In this document: in pieces, positions 30,213 through 38,505 of the stretch
Layout: each line of letters begins with the position of its first letter
Position numbering within the stretch: the first letter of the stretch is position 1
Source of the DNA: Spirochaetota bacterium
Lineage (GTDB): Bacteria > Spirochaetota > UBA4802 > UBA5550
Length of the DNA stretch: 64,000 bases
Assembly: GCA_016928865.1 (NCBI GenBank)
Contig: JAFGJX010000069.1
Span: forward strand, 40,151 to 104,150
Direction of reading: 5' to 3'
The notes under the pieces: generated by a model
The model's database searches: none
What the model was told of the DNA's origin: nothing
Seen by the model: the letters and a program-made list of their open reading frames with translations, nothing else
Translations under genes and position numbers: made by a program

Positions 30213-32357
30213 ATGGCTGAGAATCCCCTCCACCGCCTGATGAATCCCGGATCGATTGCCACGGTAGGTGCCGGAAACAACATTTTAAAGATGGGCACCA
30301 TGCACGCCCTGAGTATAATAAACGACGGATACCGGGGAAAAATCTTTCCGGTGCATCCACACCAGAATACGGTGCTCGGACTTGACGCGTACCGGTCGAT
30401 CGCTGATATTCCGGAGGTTCCTGACCTCGCCTTTATCGTCGTGCCGTCGGTTGAGGTTATCAAAATAATTGAAGAGTTCGGGAAAAAGGGAACGAAGAGC
30501 GCTGTCATCATAACTGCCGGTTTCGGCGAGATGAACGAGGACGGGCGCCTGATGCAGGACCGCCTGAACGAGCTGTCCGGACAGTACGGTATTCGTTTTC
30601 TGGGCCCCAACTGCATGGGAATCATTAATAGCCAGATATCCCTGAATACCACGGTCATGCCCTACACGAGCGCGCCCGGCTCGCTGGGATTCGCCTCCCA
30701 GAGCGGCACCTATGTGACGCAGACCATTCCGTATCTCGAGCGGAATGGGATTCGGTTCAGCAAGGCGATCAGCGTGGGCAACAGCGCTAATATCGATATC
30801 ATTGACGCGCTGGAATACCTGGGCGAGGACGAGCAGACGCGGGCCGTCTCCCTCTACATCGAGGGCATCCGCGATGTAGAGCGCTTCATAGACGTAGCCC
30901 GGGCAATCACGCCGCACAAACCGGTGCTGGCCCAGTATGTAGGCGGCTCAAGCGCGGGCGCTCGGTCCAGCCTGAGCCATACCGGGTCCATGGCTGCGCC
31001 CGATCATCTCTACGACGGCCTGTTCCGCCAGGCCGGGATCATCCGGGTGGAGAGTATCGAGGACCTGTACCGGAACGGGAACATGCTCGCCAACCAGCCG
31101 TGCTTGAACGGGAAACGGATCGGCATTCTTACCAATTCTGGCGGGCCCGGCTCGGCGATCGCGAACGCGCTGGAGAGGGGGGGACTCGATGTTCCCGAGT
31201 TTTCTAAGGAGGTTCAGGACCAGGTGCGCCCGCTCGTCCCGCCCCATGCGCCCTGCGGCAACCCGGTGGACATGACTTTCAGCATGGACATAGAAAATCT
31301 CTCCAATAAAATACCTGAAATCATTCTAAAAAGCGGAGAGGTCGACGGAATAGTGATACACGGGGTCATGGGGACCGGCTGGCTCAAGGCCGTATTCCCT
31401 CATTTCAACTCGGTGATGAAGGACGTCACCCTCGAGGGACTGCTTGCCGGTTTCAGCGACAAGTCGGGCAGTGCCGCGGATTACATCCCGGTCTACAACA
31501 AACCGGTCTCCATATCGAGTTTCATCGACCGCGAGGACAATTATACCGCCTCCTATCACGATCACGGCGTGCCGGTGTTTGATTCACCAGAAAAGGCTGC
31601 CGGAGGGATGATTATGATGATGCGGCACCGTGAGATACGGGAGCGGAAGCCATGGACCAGGCCCGCGTCTGTTCCCGCGCCGGCCGGAGCGGTTCGCATT
31701 CTTGAGCAGTGCAGCGCGAAGGGGCAGGCAAACCTTGACGAGCACGGCTCAAAGCTCTTTTTAAAAGAGTGGGGCATCCCGGTGACCGAGGAGATCGTCG
31801 CCGCAACTGAAGAGGAGGCCGCGACAGCGGCAGAGAAGGCCGGGTATCCCCTCGTCATGAAGGCGAGCGCCGGCGATATCTTGCATAAAACCGGCAGGGG
31901 ACTCATCCATCTGGACCTGAAATCGAAGGACGAGGCGGTTGCATCGTTTCGGAAAATACAGCAGGCTGCGGGCAGATCCGTGCCGGTCATCGCGTACCGG
32001 ATGGTGAGCGGCGAGCGCGAGTTCGTGGCCGGACTGGTACGCGCCCCCGGCTTTGTTCCGTCCGTGATGTTCGGCCTGGGGGGCGTCTTCACCGAGGCGC
32101 TGAACGACGCGGTATTCAGACCGGCCCCGATCAGCGAGGACGACGCGACCGAAATGCTGTTCGATATACGGGCGCGCGCGCTCCTCGGCGCGTTCAGAGG
32201 CATGCCCGCGGTACATGTGGAGGCGCTGGCGAAGGTGCTTCACCGCCTGAGCCTTATTCCGATCGCCCATCCGGAAGTGGCCGAAATCGACCTGAACCCG
32301 ATTATAATCGATGGATCGGAGCCGGTCGCGGTTGACGCGCTGGTTGTATTGAAGTGA
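30213..32357 (+). CDS. ADP-forming acetyl-CoA synthetase / acyl-CoA synthetase (NDP-forming), fused alpha+beta
   Basis: The N-terminal CoA-binding domain has 'IATVGAGNN...KIFPVHP'. A succinyl-CoA-ligase-like segment has 'ITAGFGE' and 'GPNCMGI'. The C-terminal ATP-grasp has 'GYPLVMKASAGDILHKTGRGLI'. Confidence 0.88.
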   Translation: MAENPLHRLMNPGSIATVGAGNNILKMGTMHALSIINDGYRGKIFPVHPHQNTVLGLDAYRSIADIPEVPDLAFIVVPSVEVIKIIEEFGKKGTKSAVIITAGFGEMNEDGRLMQDRLNELSGQYGIRFLGPNCMGIINSQISLNTTVMPYTSAPGSLGFASQSGTYVTQTIPYLERNGIRFSKAISVGNSANIDIIDALEYLGEDEQTRAVSLYIEGIRDVERFIDVARAITPHKPVLAQYVGGSSAGARSSLSHTGSMAAPDHLYDGLFRQAGIIRVESIEDLYRNGNMLANQPCLNGKRIGILTNSGGPGSAIANALERGGLDVPEFSKEVQDQVRPLVPPHAPCGNPVDMTFSMDIENLSNKIPEIILKSGEVDGIVIHGVMGTGWLKAVFPHFNSVMKDVTLEGLLAGFSDKSGSAADYIPVYNKPVSISSFIDREDNYTASYHDHGVPVFDSPEKAAGGMIMMMRHREIRERKPWTRPASVPAPAGAVRILEQCSAKGQANLDEHGSKLFLKEWGIPVTEEIVAATEEEAATAAEKAGYPLVMKASAGDILHKTGRGLIHLDLKSKDEAVASFRKIQQAAGRSVPVIAYRMVSGEREFVAGLVRAPGFVPSVMFGLGGVFTEALNDAVFRPAPISEDDATEMLFDIRARALLGAFRGMPAVHVEALAKVLHRLSLIPIAHPEVAEIDLNPIIIDGSEPVAVDALVVLK

Positions 32358-32372
32358 TACTTTATGTAATCA

Positions 32373-32398
32373 GGCCCCCGAAATCCCCCGGAGGGGGA
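32373..32398. repeat. GC-rich hairpin repeat, family 1 (solo copy)
   Basis: 'ggcccccgaaatcccccggaggggga' lies directly after the acetyl-CoA synthetase stop. It has the same CCCCC/GGGGG hairpin theme as the other family-1 sites. Confidence 0.55.
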
Positions 32399-32507
32399 CT
32401 TATAAGCTAAATATATTCAACACATCTCTCCTTGGATGAAATTCAAACCGGACAGCCAGCAAGAGTTATCAGAAAAAGTATCATTTCTCAAAAAAGCTTG
32501 CTCCTTC

Positions 32508-32545
32508 GTGCCCCCTACGGGGGTCAGGGGGGTGAGGTACTCATG
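32508..32545. repeat. GC-rich hairpin repeat, family 1 (solo copy)
   Basis: 'gtgccccctacgggggtcaggggggtgaggtactcatg' closely resembles 34428-34462 and 38452-38480. Confidence 0.6.
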
Positions 32546-32597
32546 TGATGGTTTTGGGGTCATGCTGGCAAGGTTGTTAAAGTTTTTAAAAAGCGTC

Positions 32598-32626
32598 TTG
32601 ACGTTTTATTGAAGTTTCAGTAATTT
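32598..32626 (+). promoter_or_regulatory. Sigma70-like promoter for the zinc-ribbon gene
   Basis: TTGACG (32598-32603), a 17-nt spacer, then TAATTT (32621-32626). 'aagagg' RBS precedes the ATG at 32656. Confidence 0.4.
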
Positions 32627-32655
32627 AGTTATAACTAAATATAAGAGGTTCTTCC

Positions 32656-32862
32656 ATGCCTATATATGAATTCAAGTGCGACGAGTGCGGCGCGGCGTTT
32701 TCCGAGATCCGTCGCATTGGAGATGACAAGCAGGTGCCGTGCCAGGAGTGCGGCTCGGTACAAACAAAAAAGCTTATCTCTTCCTTCTCATCGTTATCCT
32801 CAGGCTCTTCTCCCGGGTGCGCGTCGGCTTCTCGCTGCTCACATGGAGCGGGCGGCGGATGA
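32656..32862 (+). CDS. FmdB-family zinc-ribbon protein (CxxC_CxxC_SSSS)
   Basis: 'MPIYEFKCDECGAAFSE...VPCQECGS' with a Ser/Gly/Cys-rich tail, typical of this small-protein family. Confidence 0.8.
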   Translation: MPIYEFKCDECGAAFSEIRRIGDDKQVPCQECGSVQTKKLISSFSSLSSGSSPGCASASRCSHGAGGG

Positions 32863-33072
32863 GGCATCAGCCATTAGGCCGGTACGGCCTGCAAAACAGC
32901 TCCGTTACACATGAAGAAATGATACCTTTCATGAAATTCGTCAATTGCGGGAAACCGGATGTTTTTCAGCAATCTGTTTATTTTTGCTGGAATTTGATCT
33001 GATTTTAAGTATAATTGAATCGACCGGCGTTTTAATCACTATATTACGTCTGAATTGTTATTACAATCTCTT

Positions 33073-33459
33073 ATGAAGCACTACGACGACATAGAGGCTG
33101 ATGACAGCTTTGACATGGGTGTGGAATGGATCCAGCTCGGCAATTACGACAAGGCGCTCATATACCTGAACCGGGCAATCGAGCTGAACCCGCATTTCAT
33201 ATATGCCTACATCGCCCTTGCACGGGTGCACGCGACAAAGAAGATGTTTTCCGAATCCATCCAGACGCTGAAACGGGCGTCGCGGCTGGATCCGGGATTC
33301 GATCGTATCCCGTATCTCATGGCGAAATACGCTTACAAAAACGGCGATTACAAGCAGGCCCTGCAGTGCATTGACAGGGCCCTGGCGATCGTTGACACGG
33401 AATTATACGAGCAAGCGCGAAGTATAATGGAGCGGGGCTTCCGCGGCCGCGACAGGTGA
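33073..33459 (+). CDS. TPR-repeat protein
   Basis: Three TPR-like units ('WIQLGNYDKALIYLNRAIELNP', 'ALARVHATKKMFSESIQTLKRASRLDP', 'AYKNGDYKQALQCIDRAL'). I prefer the ATG at 33073 over the TTG at 33055. Confidence 0.65.
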   Translation: MKHYDDIEADDSFDMGVEWIQLGNYDKALIYLNRAIELNPHFIYAYIALARVHATKKMFSESIQTLKRASRLDPGFDRIPYLMAKYAYKNGDYKQALQCIDRALAIVDTELYEQARSIMERGFRGRDR

Positions 33460-33492
33460 GCATCGCCAGCGGCAATGTCCCCGGTCCTTCCG

Positions 33493-34224
33493 TCAGTACT
33501 TCATCGTTGCGCCGAACACCGCGTAATGGAAGAGAGAGAAGGTGTACACGCTCTTGTTGTCAGCCCCCCCTTCAAGTATGCGATACCCGATTTTAAATAC
33601 CATGTGCTTGCCCACATGGCGCTGCAGGGCCACCAGTATGTCCTCGGCCCTGCCCTGCGGTCCAACCAGCCAGTCGGCATCCAACAGGAAGCTCAGATTC
33701 GGCACGAACATCCATTGCAGCCGCACATTGATAAGGGGCACGAAGCCGAGATCGGGCCTGGTTGTCCTCACGCCCAGGCTGTCGAGCCTGATATAGGCGT
33801 CCCGTATCTTGCCGGTGAGGCCGAGGCCGAATTCTATCGTGTCGTTTTTAACGATATCATAACGGTAGGTAAGGCGCCAGGAGTTGAACTTGAAGTTTGC
33901 CTGCACCGGGGCGTGGGGAACTATTAACCTGTTCCTGAAGAGAAGGTATCGCGATGAGGTGCCGTAATATTCAACGTTAAGCGGAGCGGCAAGAAAGGTG
34001 ATGGTGTGTCGTTCCTTGATGGTCCACCCGACGCGCGCGCGTATATAGGGTGAGGGGCGGTTCCAGAGCGTCCCGGTAAGCGAAAAGCGCGTGCCGTATC
34101 TTCCCGAAATCCGCGCGTCATTTTTTCCTGTGAATACCGGGCCTGTTTCAACGTCCATAAACGGTCCTGCGTAAAGCGGGAGAGAGAGAGCCAGGATTCC
34201 GATAGAGAATGCGATATGTTTCAT
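33493..34224 (-). CDS. Outer-membrane beta-barrel protein (unknown family)
   Basis: Signal peptide 'MKHIAFSIGILALSLPLYAG', alternating hydrophobic beta-strand pattern, and an aromatic C-terminal residue ('...GATMKY'). Confidence 0.65.
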   Translation of the reverse strand: MKHIAFSIGILALSLPLYAGPFMDVETGPVFTGKNDARISGRYGTRFSLTGTLWNRPSPYIRARVGWTIKERHTITFLAAPLNVEYYGTSSRYLLFRNRLIVPHAPVQANFKFNSWRLTYRYDIVKNDTIEFGLGLTGKIRDAYIRLDSLGVRTTRPDLGFVPLINVRLQWMFVPNLSFLLDADWLVGPQGRAEDILVALQRHVGKHMVFKIGYRILEGGADNKSVYTFSLFHYAVFGATMKY

Positions 34225-34408
34225 GGCGGTCTCCGTTGATAATTAATAAATTTAATAATTACTAAAATATAATGCAATTTGTTAGCTCCGTCAAATGTTT
34301 TTCGATGTATATAGCATTTCTTGCCCCTACAGAGGCCACGCAGGATCGATATTTTTCAAGCAGATGCGGCATTTGTAAACACCGGCAGGCGTGGCTGCGA
34401 TTATAATG

Positions 34409-34462
34409 GAGAGGGCATAATGACACGCGCCCCCTCCGGGGGTCGGGGGTCGTGCCATTATG
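34409..34462. repeat. GC-rich hairpin repeat, family 1 (solo copy)
   Basis: 'gagagggcataatgacacgcgccccctccgggggtcgggggtcgtgccattatg' lies in the divergent intergenic region. Confidence 0.6.
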
Positions 34463-34584
34463 TATACATCGTGCCGGAAAGCCGTGACAATCAGAAAATA
34501 ACTTGCAAATTTTCGTTTTCAATCCTGAATTGATATATATAACACACGAGGGGCGATCCGTCCCCGGGCTGGAGGAAAACCGGA

Positions 34585-35436
34585 GTGGGCATATCGTACA
34601 ATAAAGCAGATATTGACTCAATAATGGAATACCTGGCGAGCTTCAGGCTGCCCGGCATGAACGAGAATGAAAAAAGCAATTACCTGAATTTTTCACTGGA
34701 CCGCTTTTTAAAAACTCTCGAGATTTTTCCCGACGATATAAATGAAAAGAGCAGGGTGCTGGAGCTTGGAGCGAGTCCCTACTTCATGAGCCTGCTCATG
34801 AAGAAGTATTATAACTGCAGCCTCGAACTTGCCAACTATTTCGGCGATTCGAAGAAGGTAAAGACGAAGGAAGCGCTCGTCAGCGAGAAATTCGGGGTGC
34901 GGCATGATATTGCGTTCAAGCACTTCAACGTGGAAAAGGAGGAGTTTCCCTATAAGGCGAAATCCTTTGATCTGGTGCTGTTCTGCGAGATCATCGAGCA
35001 CCTGACCGTCAACCCCGTCCATTCCCTCGTGCAGATAAACCGCCTGCTCGATACGGGCGGTTACATGATCATCACCACGCCCAATGTGCTCCGCTACGAG
35101 AACGTGCTGAAGCTGATCCTCGGGAAAAACGTGCACGACCATTATTCCGGCTACGGCGCGTACGGCCGGCACAATCGGGAATACACGCCGCAGGAGCTGC
35201 GCGTCCTGGTGGAAGGGCTCGGGTTCCGCGTGGTCAGTCTTTACACAAAAGTGACCGGCTCAATCAGGATCGAAGGCCTGTCCATCAAGCGGTTCCGCGG
35301 TCTCATACAATTTTTTACCACCAGGAACCGCGGGAGCAACATATTCCTTCTGGCGCAGAAGACGGGCGATGCAGCTCCCGCGTACCCCGGCTGGCTGTAC
35401 GAAAGCATGCATGCGCTCAAGAAAGAGGGCGTATAG
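34585..35436 (+). CDS. Class I SAM-dependent methyltransferase (small-molecule type)
   Basis: Motif I-like 'VLELGASPYF' and 'FDLVLFCEIIEHL' / 'GGYMIITTPN', typical of the Methyltransf_11/23-type fold. GTG start. Confidence 0.75.
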   Translation: MGISYNKADIDSIMEYLASFRLPGMNENEKSNYLNFSLDRFLKTLEIFPDDINEKSRVLELGASPYFMSLLMKKYYNCSLELANYFGDSKKVKTKEALVSEKFGVRHDIAFKHFNVEKEEFPYKAKSFDLVLFCEIIEHLTVNPVHSLVQINRLLDTGGYMIITTPNVLRYENVLKLILGKNVHDHYSGYGAYGRHNREYTPQELRVLVEGLGFRVVSLYTKVTGSIRIEGLSIKRFRGLIQFFTTRNRGSNIFLLAQKTGDAAPAYPGWLYESMHALKKEGV

Positions 35437-35441
35437 CAGGG

Positions 35442-36533
35442 ATGCCTCCGAAACCGGGAGCCTCCATGAAGCCAGACAGACCTGACACGTGTCCGCGGCG
35501 CTGGTTCGTGTATATGCTGGAATGCGAAAACGGATCGTATTACACGGGTCTGACCGACGACCCTGAACGGCGGTACGCGGATCACAAGAATGGCACCGCA
35601 GGCGCAAAGTACACCAGAAGCTTCCGGCCGGTCAGGATCGCCTGCTGCTGGGGGCTCACCGGCACCAGGGGCACCGCGAACAGGGTCGAGCGGCTCATCA
35701 AGGGACTGGCAAGAAAGCGTAAGGATGAGATAGTCGCACGGCCAATGCTCCTGGGTGAGATGGTCCGGGCACGCTACGGGGACGATTTCGGCGTAACACC
35801 GCACGATATCGGCAGTGAACCGTCAGAATCCGGATCGGAGTTCAATATTACCGGGTATGTTCCGTCGGAGCGTGAATGGACCGTCAGGAACCCGTTCCTC
35901 GAAGAAGTGCTCGCGTTTATCGCGCCTGATTCCGGACGCTCCGGCGGCGATCCGGGGATGATCCTGAACGAGAGACGCTCTGATTTCATCAGCCGGTACG
36001 CGTTTTCCATTCCGACGATCGATGTTCTTGAGGAGATAGCGGGCCGCTCGCCCCTGATTGAGATCGGCGCGGGCAACGGGTACTGGGCCATGTGCCTTCG
36101 CGACGCGGGAGCGGACATTATCGCCTACGACACCCGGCCGCCCGGTGAAGAGCCGCCGTGGGAGTGGCGCGGGTCGAACCAGTGGTTCGAGGAGGCCTGG
36201 TCCATGGTCCACGAAGGTGACGGGACGATGGCAGGGCGCTATCCCGAGCGCACGCTCTTTCTCTGCTGGCCGCCGGTATTCGATCCCATGGCGGTAAGCG
36301 CGCTCAGGCAGTACCGCGCGGCGGGCGGCAGGACCCTGGTATTTATCGGCAGCAGGGGTTCCTGCGCGGACGAGGAATTTTTTCATGAGCTTGAGTCATT
36401 GAAGCCGGTTGTATCGCGGAAGATTCCGTCCTGGCCGGGGGTGGAGGAAATGTTAATGATATATGAATTCCCCCCAGACCACTTCGACAGGCTCAGTGCA
36501 TCGCCCCGAAGGGGGCATGAATCAGAAGACTGA
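35442..36533 (+). CDS. GIY-YIG (YhbQ/UPF0213-type) nuclease domain fused to a methyltransferase-fold-like C-terminal domain
   Basis: The N-terminus 'WFVYMLECENGSYYTGLTDDPERRYADHKNGTAGAKYTRSFRPV' is a GIY-YIG domain. The C-terminal ~250 aa carry 'LIEIGAGNGYWAMCLRDAGADIIAYD'. The last ~20 codons and the stop lie inside repeat 36470-36609. Confidence 0.75.
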   Translation: MPPKPGASMKPDRPDTCPRRWFVYMLECENGSYYTGLTDDPERRYADHKNGTAGAKYTRSFRPVRIACCWGLTGTRGTANRVERLIKGLARKRKDEIVARPMLLGEMVRARYGDDFGVTPHDIGSEPSESGSEFNITGYVPSEREWTVRNPFLEEVLAFIAPDSGRSGGDPGMILNERRSDFISRYAFSIPTIDVLEEIAGRSPLIEIGAGNGYWAMCLRDAGADIIAYDTRPPGEEPPWEWRGSNQWFEEAWSMVHEGDGTMAGRYPERTLFLCWPPVFDPMAVSALRQYRAAGGRTLVFIGSRGSCADEEFFHELESLKPVVSRKIPSWPGVEEMLMIYEFPPDHFDRLSASPRRGHESED

Positions 36534-36609
36534 ACGTATAAGAGTATGTATGAATAAAGGCATTAAGACACCTGATTATATAGTTCAACTGGCGAGAGTT
36601 GTGCGTAAT
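36470..36609 (+). repeat. Direct repeat, left copy (family-1 REP unit + 5' stub of DUF559 gene)
   Basis: It shares 'ccacttcgacaggctcagtgcatcgccccgaagggggcatga' and 'agagtatgtatgaataaaggcattaagacacctgattatatagttcaactggcgagag' with ~37961-38145. Confidence 0.85.
36550..36609 (+). pseudogene. Truncated DUF559 gene (first ~20 codons only)
   Basis: 'atgaataaaggcattaagacacctgattatatagttcaactggcgagag' is identical to the start of the intact gene at 38086. Homology ends at ~36609, where AT-rich vapBC DNA begins. Confidence 0.7.
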
Positions 36610-36635
36610 GGCCCGGAAAAATATTATATTTATTG

Positions 36636-36664
36636 TTGACATTACACATTATATTGTGTAATAT
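36636..36664 (+). promoter_or_regulatory. Sigma70-type promoter with palindromic operator for vapBC
   Basis: TTGACA (36636-36641), a 17-nt spacer, then TAATAT (36659-36664). The perfect inverted repeat TTACACA (36642-36648) / TGTGTAA (36655-36661) lies inside the spacer. A second IR, 'tacac-atagag-gtgta', sits just upstream of the ATG. Confidence 0.6.
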
Positions 36665-36684
36665 TATACACATAGAGGTGTATT

Positions 36685-36885
36685 ATGGCAACAAACTTAG
36701 CAATTGACGATAAGCTTATTGTTCAAGCTCAAAAGATTGGCGGTTTAAAGACAAAAAAAGATACTGTTACTCTTGCTCTTAAAGAATTTATATCACGTCG
36801 AAAACAAGAGGAAATAGTAGATTTGTTTGGCTCTATTGACTATGATGAAGACTATAATTACAAAAAATTACGGAAACGTAAATGA
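36685..36885 (+). CDS. vapB: Type II antitoxin, VapB family (DUF2191-like)
   Basis: 'MATNLAIDDKLIVQAQKIGGLKTKKDTVTLALKEFISRRK' matches the VapB/DUF2191 pattern. There is a 4-nt overlap (ATGA) with the PIN gene. Confidence 0.8.
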   Translation: MATNLAIDDKLIVQAQKIGGLKTKKDTVTLALKEFISRRKQEEIVDLFGSIDYDEDYNYKKLRKRK

Positions 36886-37295
36886 AAGTATTGGTTGATA
36901 CCTCGATCTGGTCATTAGCCCTTAGAAAAAATGTTAATCACGACAATGAGATAATTAAAGAACTTTATGAATTAATTCATGAACTTCGTGTTTCTATTAT
37001 CGGACCGATAAGACAGGAAGTATTATCCGGAATTTCCGATAATACCAAGTATGAAAAATTAAAAGATAAATTGAAAGCTTTTAATGATGAATTTATTGAA
37101 ACTGATCATTATGAATTAGCCGCGCAATTATTTAATCAATGCAGAAAAAAGGGCATACAAGGTTCACACATTGATTTCTTAATATGCGCGGTAAGTATTA
37201 AAAATAATTTATCAATCTTTACCCTGGATAATGATTTTGAATTTTATCAAAAATGTTTAAATATTAAATTGCATACAATTAGAAATAATTTATAA
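36882..37295 (+). CDS. vapC: Type II toxin, PIN-domain ribonuclease VapC
   Basis: 'MKVLVDTSIW' (first acidic residue) and 'IRQEVLSG', then the later acidic residues in 'HIDFLICA' and 'FTLDNDF'. 137 aa. Confidence 0.85.
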   Translation: MKVLVDTSIWSLALRKNVNHDNEIIKELYELIHELRVSIIGPIRQEVLSGISDNTKYEKLKDKLKAFNDEFIETDHYELAAQLFNQCRKKGIQGSHIDFLICAVSIKNNLSIFTLDNDFEFYQKCLNIKLHTIRNNL

Positions 37296-37335
37296 TGTTT
37301 GCGGGACAGGGGGGCATTGACAAGGGAGGAGAGAT

Positions 37336-37959
37336 ATGATAATCGAACAGATACTGGTAACCGGCATGGCGGTGTTCTGCTACCTGGTGGCTGACGAGAA
37401 GAGCAGGGAGGGGGTGCTGATCGACCCCGCGGGCGACCACCATCTCATTCAGAACGCGATAGACAAGCATGGCGTCACGGTAACATACATCATCAACACG
37501 CACGGGCATTTCGACCACACGTCCGGCAATGACTACTGGATGAAGAAGACCGGCGCGACGCTCCTCCTGCACGAGATCGACGTGCGCAAGCTCGGGAGCC
37601 TCACGAGCAGGTTCATGTCGCGGACCATGGGAGGGAAGACGTCGCCCCCGCCGCAGATGACCCTGAAGGACGGGGACGTGATCGCCTTCGGCTCCTGCTC
37701 TCTCAAGGTGATCCATACGCCGGGGCATTCCGAGGGGAGCGTGTGCCTGTATACGCCGGGCCATGTCTTCACCGGCGACACGCTCTTCACCGAGGGGATG
37801 GGCCGCACCGATCTCCCTGACGGGTCGATGAAAAAGATCATGCACTCGATCGTCAACAAGATACTCGCCCTGCCGGACGACACGGTAATATGGCCCGGCC
37901 ACCATTACGGCAGGATGCCGACATCGACGGTGCGGGAGCAGAAGAGGTACTATAGGTAA
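37336..37959 (+). CDS. MBL-fold metallo-hydrolase (glyoxalase II-like)
   Basis: 'INTHGHFDHTSGN' (HxHxDH), 'HTPGHSEGS', 'FTGDTLF', 'WPGHHYG'. Confidence 0.88.
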   Translation: MIIEQILVTGMAVFCYLVADEKSREGVLIDPAGDHHLIQNAIDKHGVTVTYIINTHGHFDHTSGNDYWMKKTGATLLLHEIDVRKLGSLTSRFMSRTMGGKTSPPPQMTLKDGDVIAFGSCSLKVIHTPGHSEGSVCLYTPGHVFTGDTLFTEGMGRTDLPDGSMKKIMHSIVNKILALPDDTVIWPGHHYGRMPTSTVREQKRYYR

Positions 37960-37960
37960 T

Positions 37961-38145
37961 CCCCCCCCGGCCACTTCGACAGGCTCAGTGCATCGCCCCG
38001 AAGGGGGCATGAGTCATAGGGCTGAAATCCCCCCCTGACCCCCGAAGGGGGCACGAGTCAGGGGGCTGAACCTAAAAGAGTATGTATGAATAAAGGCATT
38101 AAGACACCTGATTATATAGTTCAACTGGCGAGAGATATGCGTAAT
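37961..38145 (+). repeat. Direct repeat, right copy (family-1 REP units + start of intact DUF559 gene)
   Basis: Same string as 36470-36609 plus one additional ~45-nt hairpin unit ('agggctgaaatcccccctgacccccgaagggggcacgagtcag'). Coordinates right of 38010 are +/-1 nt. Confidence 0.85.
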
Positions 38146-38448
38146 AATTTAACTCCCGGTGAGCGTTTATTATGGGAGCGGTTGAAGAGCAGGCAGCTTG
38201 CGGGATATAAATTCAGATACCAGCATCCGATATATCACTATATTCTTGATTTTTATTGTGATGAAAAGCTCCTGGCGATTGAGGTGGATGGAAACGTCCA
38301 TAAAGAAAGAAAAGACTACGATGAATACCGCGATGATTTCATGAAAAGTCTCGGGATACAAACAATGCGGTTTGACAATGATGAAATTATGAACAATATT
38401 GATACAGTTCTTGATATGATCAAGAAAGAGTTATTAGAAAAAGCATGA
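38086..38448 (+). CDS. DUF559 (Vsr-like endonuclease fold) domain protein
   Basis: 'LARDMRNNLTPGERLLWERLKSRQLAGYKFRYQHPIYHYILDFYCDEKLLAIEVDGNVH...MRFDNDEI' is the canonical DUF559 pattern. The gene is AT-rich relative to its flanks. Confidence 0.88.
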   Translation: MNKGIKTPDYIVQLARDMRNNLTPGERLLWERLKSRQLAGYKFRYQHPIYHYILDFYCDEKLLAIEVDGNVHKERKDYDEYRDDFMKSLGIQTMRFDNDEIMNNIDTVLDMIKKELLEKA

Positions 38449-38451
38449 TCC

Positions 38452-38503
38452 CACGTGCCCCCTGCGGGGGAGAGGGGAGCGTTGCCATAGGCGAGGGTGA
38501 GCG
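38452..38503. repeat. GC-rich hairpin repeat, family 1 (right boundary of DUF559 copy 1; convergent-gene spacer)
   Basis: 'cacgtgccccctgcgggggagaggggagcgttgccataggcgagggtgagcg'. The hairpin ccccc-tgc-ggggg sits between the convergent DUF559 and adenylate cyclase stops. Confidence 0.6.
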
Positions 38504-38505
38504 TA

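Noticed and set aside
34585-36533. Methyltransferase + GIY-YIG pair as a type II restriction-modification system.
   Set aside because: Both methyltransferase-like domains lack the DNA-MTase motif IV (D/N/S-PP-Y/F) and a recognisable target-recognition domain. The GIY-YIG domain is of the small YhbQ/UPF0213 type rather than a GIY-YIG restriction enzyme. It is kept only as a low-confidence hypothesis in the findings.
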